Of a stretch of DNA of 64,000 nucleotides, positions 58,075 through 64,000 are shown piece by piece (within the stretch, counting starts at the first letter, position 1; each line of letters starts with the position of its first letter). The translations under genes were made by a program, and so were the position numbers. This DNA is from Octopus vulgaris (Eukaryota), in assembly GCA_951406725.2 (NCBI GenBank), contig OX597826.1, forward strand, positions 78,492,001-78,556,000, given 5' to 3'. The notes beneath the pieces are model-generated. The model was not told the origin of the DNA. It searched no databases and was given only the letters and a program-made list of their open reading frames with translations.

Positions 58075-60360
58075 TTTTAATTATTATAAATCTTTCACTG
58101 AGGCGGGGGGGGGGTTCCAACAAAGATACAAAGCTCCGTCTTTGGGATGTAGCTAACACAGACAAATTCACATTTGGAACTTCAGAAAAGTCTTGCATAT
58201 TTTTACTGTTCCACTCACAAACTGCATTGTAACGTACGAATCAACCGGTCGATTTCTCTGAAAATCTCAGTTTATCCAGATTCTCCTTTAAACATTTACT
58301 AACGAAACGTAGTGCTCCAATTATTATTGGTATGAATATGAATTCATAGCCTGGATATAGAAGCTGGAGGTTTCGAAGCAGCTGTCCTTAAAAATCCTCT
58401 TTTTGTTTGATTTCCAAATAGATATTTATATCAACAGGACAGCTGACCTCTATGATGGTACATACTTTTGCCCCTCTGTCCTAGATAATGTCCGTTACGC
58501 TTACATTTGACAGAAGTTTTGATGGGAATATTCCACCAGTATTCCTTGAGTTGGTGTTTATGAATGTTTATTCCATAACAGAAGGATTTTCTAAACTCAT
58601 TTCAGGACAGTCTTTCTTTCGGATGGCATTGTAAAGAGTGATGTGATGTAGTGGTCTTGTGTCCAAGAGGGGCTGCGCTTCGTGTCAATTCTACTGTCTT
58701 CTGTTCAATTCAAGCTTCCGGGCAACAAACCCATGCATGGTCTTTTTTTGTATGCTGAGTGCTTTCCATCCAGGTCTTCTCTGAGGTAAGAGAGCCCAGC
58801 TGTTTTGGAGTTGTATAGGAGATCATCAAAAAGAGAGTGTTTCTCGAGGGGTTCACTGCCAACTCGAACAATGTTACACGCTTCACTTTTCAGCACTGCA
58901 TTAATATATTTATTTTTGCTTCTGATGATTAGCAGGTGCTGCCTGAGTGAAACCAGACGACATTCGGAGGCCGTCTGCACTGATCTCAGGCTTTTACCAT
59001 CTTAGGTAGAACCTGTCAACATCGCTGTTTCCGTGAAAGTTCTCAGTTGTCAGGATTTTGCGGATTTTTGTATCTACAGAGTGGATTTCTTCTACAGACC
59101 AATCAAGTATCCCAAATTTGGGGATCAGCACTGGTACTGCAAATGCATTGTGGGATATTGTTTTGTTGAAATAGGAAAGTTCCGAAGGCCATATTCTCCT
59201 AAGTCTGATGGAATGTTCTCGGGTCACTCTATCTTTATTCACAGTACCTTTATACGATACATTTTCGTTTATGCCTAGGTACTTGTAACATTCTTTGTGT
59301 GGAATGGGGGAAATAGAGAGAGATCGTTGATGCACAAGTTTTGTGCTTGGGGGATTGACTTTCCTCATTCTATAACCAAATATGAACATTTCTTTTGGCC
59401 AAATTCCATGCTGAAAATGTTATTAATTCCAGTTGTTTATCGGCATTGTTAACACTTTTAGCATAAATCTTCAGGTCGTCTACAAAGAAATTATGAGTTC
59501 CATTGATATTTCTAGCAGTTGAAGAACCTAGCATGTAACCATTTGTTTTCTGCAGTAGGAACGATAATGGATTCAGTGCCAAAATGAAAAGAAGTACAGA
59601 AAGACTCTCTTCCTGGAATATTCCCTTTGAAATGCCTATACTATCAGAAACAATTATTCCGTTCTCAGTTGTAAGAGTACGAATTGTTGTCCATGTCTTT
59701 GTGAGTCTCTCTATAGCAGTAATTAAGGTAGTGGGTACCTTTGCCAGATGTAGGCAATTCAACAGCCATGAATGAGGGAAAGAGTCGAATGCCTTCTTAT
59801 AGTTAAGCCATATTGTCACAAGGTGTGTATGTTGTTTTCTTACTTCAAACTGTACAGCTTTGTTTATTAAAAGTTGTTCGGCACATCTCCACACTCCCTT
59901 CTTTCCACCAGCCTCTTCATCAGTCACAATATTGTTCGATACACAATGGTCCTGGAGGAATTGGTTGAGGCAACTTGTGTACAGACTGTACATAATGTAT
60001 AGGCAAGCAATGGGCCGGTTGTTTCCGTTTAGTAATTTCGTTACTTTCTTCACTGTAGATTTCTCCTAGGTGTTCTTTAAGAGTAATAGTGACTGTAGCT
60101 ATAAGAGTATTAATATTCCAGTAATTAACATCACATGATTCCATGTGCTCTCCAGCAACATCGTTGATCACTTTAAACATTAGATCGGTCGGATTTTTTC
60201 TCACACTTGTTGGGAATGGTCTGTTGCTCAACGCAAGCTTCGAGACAGTAGCAAAAATTTTTGCGAATTGTAATTATAAAATGTTTTTGAGTTGGATGTA
60301 TTCTGCAGTCTTCGTCACTGAGTCAGCTGGATTAGGAGACACACTCGAATTTAGCGATTG
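58075..60360 (-). mobile_element. Decayed R4/Dong/Rex6-clade LINE (RT + restriction-like endonuclease)
   Basis: RT motifs RPIACL, WLNYKKAFDSFPHSWL, GIFQEESLSVLLF, HNFFVDDLKIYAK and YKYLGI. The RLE region ~58250-58500 reads IIEVSCPVDINI...IPIIIGAL. Many frameshifts and deletions; boundaries approximate. Confidence 0.85.
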
Positions 60361-60542
60361 TGGGAGCGGTGGTTGGTTTACATTATTTTTTTTACGTTGC
60401 TTCTGGAAGATTTTGGCCCATTTTCAGTGCATTCGACGACGTTTAGCGACATTTGAACGCAGAATGTAAAAAGCCGGAAGAAATGCAACTACACATTCAG
60501 TCCGGCATGATTATTATTCGATCAAGCACATCCCTTTCAACA

Positions 60543-60729
60543 GTTTCAAGCTTTGACACAAGGCCAGCAATTATAGGGTCGGAAGCAAGTCAATTATATC
60601 AACTCAATATTTGTTGACAGGTACTTTAGTTTATCGAACCACCCCCCGCCGAGGAACAAAAGGCAAAGTTGACCTTGGCGGCATCTGAACTCAGAACGTA
60701 AAGAGCTGAGATTCTGCCAGCTCGCTACC
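60543..60729 (-). mobile_element. Deu/Nin-core SINE, diverged
   Basis: Family motifs on the minus strand. Confidence 0.65.
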
Positions 60730-60740
60730 GGAAACAATAA

Positions 60741-62036
60741 CCTCGGCAGTTGACATCCAAGCTGAAGGAGAGAAGGATTGACGTCTGCTCCTATCTGCTG
60801 GAAACGCTTGAAGCCGACGAAGATAAGTTTTGGTGGAAGGGAATTAAGCGTAGGTGTATTTTTATTATCCGTAAACGAAGGATCAGTTTTTGAAATGACG
60901 TCACACTCATTCTCCAAGGCCTAAGAATTCACGAGTCAGCGATAGGCACAGAAAGTCAATGTGACCGTTTCGGAAGTGATAAAAATGGCATAGTTCTTCT
61001 TGGATTTTCTGGAATCTGCCTGTACCATGAACAGTTTACAGAAGCTTATAGAAGGCATTAGGAGGAAGAGAACGAACAAGAATCTGAAAACCGGTGTATA
61101 ATATTAAAACCGGTGTATAATCTGAAAACCGGTGTATAATCTGAAAACCGGTGTATAATCCGAAAACCGGTGTATAATCCGAAAACCGGTGTGTAATCTG
61201 AAAACCGGTGTATAATATTAAAACCGGTGTATAATCTGAAAACCGGTGTATAATCTGAAAACCGGTGCATAATCTGAAAACCGGTGTATAATCCGAAAAC
61301 CGGTGTATAATCTGAAAACCGGTGCATAATTTGAAAACCGATGTATAATCTGAAAACCGGTATATAATCTGAAAACCGATGTATAATCTGAAAACCGGTG
61401 TATAATCTGAAAACCGATGTATATGAAAACCGGTGTATAATCCGAAAACCGGTGTATAATCTGAAAACCGGTGCATAATCTGAAAAACCAATGTATAATC
61501 TGAAAACCGGTGTATAATCCGAAAACCGGTGTATAATCTGAGAACCGGTGTATGATCCGAAAACCGATGTATAATCTGAAAACCGGTGTATAATCTGAAA
61601 ACCGGTGTATAATCCGAAAACGGGTGTATAATCTGAAAACCGGTGTATAATCTGAAAACCGGTGTATAATCTGAAAACCGGTGTATAATCCCAAAACCGG
61701 TGTATAATCCGAAAACCGGTGTATAATCTGAAAACCGGTGCATAATCACTGTAATAAAGTGTGACCACACTCATATTTTGCAACAAATCGGACAACCGGA
61801 AAATTTGATTGATTAGTCGTCCTCCAAACACCGTACAGCCCGCAAAGAGCACCTTCCAGCTTCACCCGACCTCACCAATGAAAGACAGTCCTCAGAGATA
61901 ATGATTTACGAGGCAGACGAGATGCAAATGGCTGCGGAAAAATGGCCACAACAGTACATACCGGACTTTATTTTCAAAGAGGATCCGAGATTTGTGCTCA
62001 AAGATGGCGCAAATTCATTGCTTTTGAAGGAAGTGT
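60741..62036 (+). pseudogene. Mariner (DD34D-type) transposase pseudogene interrupted by a minisatellite
   Basis: Frameshifted pieces in the expected order: PRQLTSKLKERRIDVCSYLL, RHTHSPRPK, KVNVTV, DKNGIVLL/DFLE, LQKLIEGIRRKRTNKNLK, [array], PYSPQRAPSSF (cf. YSPDLAPSDF), MKDS, EKWPQQ, QRWRKFIAFEG. Confidence 0.75.
61081..61747. repeat. Minisatellite, 19-bp unit AATCTGAAAACCGGTGTAT, ~35 copies
   Basis: Directly visible. It explains the 19-aa periodic ORFs in all three minus-strand frames. Confidence 0.97.
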
Positions 62037-62869
62037 GATACGGGTATACCAGTAAGCATAGATTACGTGTAGTACTTGAATATTATATATTGCAGGAGAT
62101 GGTGTAAGATAAGAAAAAAAAGGACGTAATGTGTATAACATTAACGTTGTGTTTCTATTCAAACCGAAAGCAATGGCGGAGTAATATGTATTGAATTATC
62201 CTTTGTGTCAAATCTATTGATTTCATGCAGATTCATGGATGAATAAATTTTAGATAATATAATAATAATAATAATGGCTTTTAGCAGTTGAATTCCTAAT
62301 TGAACATTGCAAATTTTCTTTCCTATTGTTAGTATAAATATTTCAGTAAGTTATATAATAATGGCCGCTGATTAATGCCTCTAATCAACTTTTGGTAGAG
62401 TAATACTGAATATTGTGTGTGTACGTGTGTGTGTGTGCGTGTGCGTGTGTGTGTGTGTGTGTGACAGTGTGTGTGGGAGGGTATCTGTGAGCGTTATGTG
62501 TGTGCGTAGCTATGTGTTTGTGTGTGTGTGCTTGTTTATTCAGAGAGTAGTAATATAAAATTTATTGTGTGAGTGGGGGTATTACTGCTGCACCCGGTTT
62601 GATGGTGGGTGTACGTGGAGAAGGAGGTGGGGTGAAACATGTTACAAATGTGGGTTAAAAGAAACTGGACATTCGCTAATGGCATCAACATTGCTTGGGA
62701 CCACGGGAAGGAATCATCGCTTTGGACGATGATGAAATCACATACATCCCCAGGCTACCGCCTGTTTCGGAAACACACACACGCGTACTCGTTCCCACGA
62801 CACACTCACACACACAGACACACACTCACATACACAGACACACACACGCACACAGACACACACACAGAG

Positions 62870-62900
<31 letters not shown>

Positions 62901-63063
62901 AGTTGTAACTGGATTAAAACAATTACTTAAAGTCAACTACATTTAGATCAGTTTTCAACGAACAACTCTTTTACACTCTCTCTCTCTCTCTCCCTCTCTC
63001 TCTCTCTTCCTTTATTTCTCTTCCTCACTAAGTTGAGTCTAGTCACCCGACGATGCGCATGTA

Positions 63064-63619
63064 ATCTTTTCTACTCTAGACAAAAGGTCTGAAATTTTGG
63101 AAGAGGGGCCAGTTCATTAGATCGACCTCGGTACGCAACGGTACTTGATTTACCAACCCTGAAAAGATGAACGGTAAAGTCGGCCTCGGCAGACGAAATA
63201 CTTATTTCTTTACTACCCACAAGGCGCTAAACGCAGAGGACAAACAAGGACAGACAAACGGATTAAGTTGATTATATCGACCCCAGTGCGTAACTGGTAC
63301 TTATTTAATCGACCCCCGAAAGGATGAAAGGCAGAGTCGACCTCGGCAGTATTTGAACTCAGAACGTAACGGCAGACGAAATACCTATTTCTTTATTACC
63401 CACAAGGGGCTAAACACAGAGGGGACAAACACGGACAGACATAGGTATTAAGTCGATTACATCGACCCCAGTGCGTAACTGGTACTTAGTTTTATCGACC
63501 CCGAAAGGATGAAAGGCAAAGTCGACCTCGGCGGAATTTGAACTCACAACGTAACGGCAGACGAAATACCGCTAAGCATTTCGCCCGGCGTGCTAAGGTT
63601 TCTGCCAGCTCGCCGCCTT
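63064..63619 (-). mobile_element. Trimeric Deu/Nin-core SINE with a 12-bp target site duplication
   Basis: One head and three tandem bodies; gatgcgcatgta at 63052-63063 and 63620-63631. Confidence 0.85.
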
Positions 63620-64000
63620 GATGCGCATGTATTCTTGAATCACGTTAATGCAATATTGCGTATAACTTAGGTAATATTCCGGAATTAACAGTTAGTAATG
63701 ATGCGTTTGAACATTAGTGGTTCCTGGGACAAACGCATCGCTGATATCACGAGCTGTTTCAGCAGCTTTTCGGCCTAGCTTTGACTGCAATAAGAAAATT
63801 GTGCGAATTTGCTTTTTGCCCATGTTGTATTTAATGTTCCGTAAAAATGGCCTAATTATTCAAAAAGAAAAAGAGAAACATAATTAGATAGAGCGAAAAA
63901 TGGGATTTAAAATGATATATAAAGTCAAAGTAATTCAACGAAAATTAATTTGAAAATACATCAGTTAAAACTTTTTAGATTCTCTTTTATATTAGCGAGT

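Noticed and set aside
61081-61747. CRISPR-like array or repeat-protein ORFs (244/264/158 aa)
   Set aside because: There are no unique spacers and no cas genes, and the context is eukaryotic. The ORFs arise because the 19-bp unit lacks minus-strand stops.

Overview
AT-rich eukaryotic DNA saturated with microsatellites, with no recognisable host protein-coding gene. It is probably intergenic or intronic. The repeat families (CORE-type and Deu/Nin-type tRNA SINEs, the CORE type with an internal (TA)/(TG) tract) point to an octopus genome; this is an inference. Most listed ORFs are simple-repeat artefacts. The real coding remnants all come from transposons: two Tx1/L1-clade LINE 3' fragments bounded on both sides by (GATA)n; two R4/Dong 3' ends in (TAA)n; a larger decayed R4-clade LINE; a 5'-truncated Penelope-like element (RT thumb + GIY-YIG) in (TA)n; a Helitron carrying a piggyBac transposase fragment; and a mariner pseudogene with a 19-bp minisatellite expanded inside it. 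A solo LTR also sits inside a SINE. Most notable: (1) about six hammerhead-ribozyme-like motifs in Penelope-type or short non-coding units, mostly next to (TA)n, including long-stem-II and variant-core forms; (2) an apparently (GATA)n-targeting Tx1 LINE; (3) different retroelement classes occupying different microsatellite types; (4) multimeric SINEs that share a fixed internal restart junction. All calls were made by eye; no alignments or folding were run.
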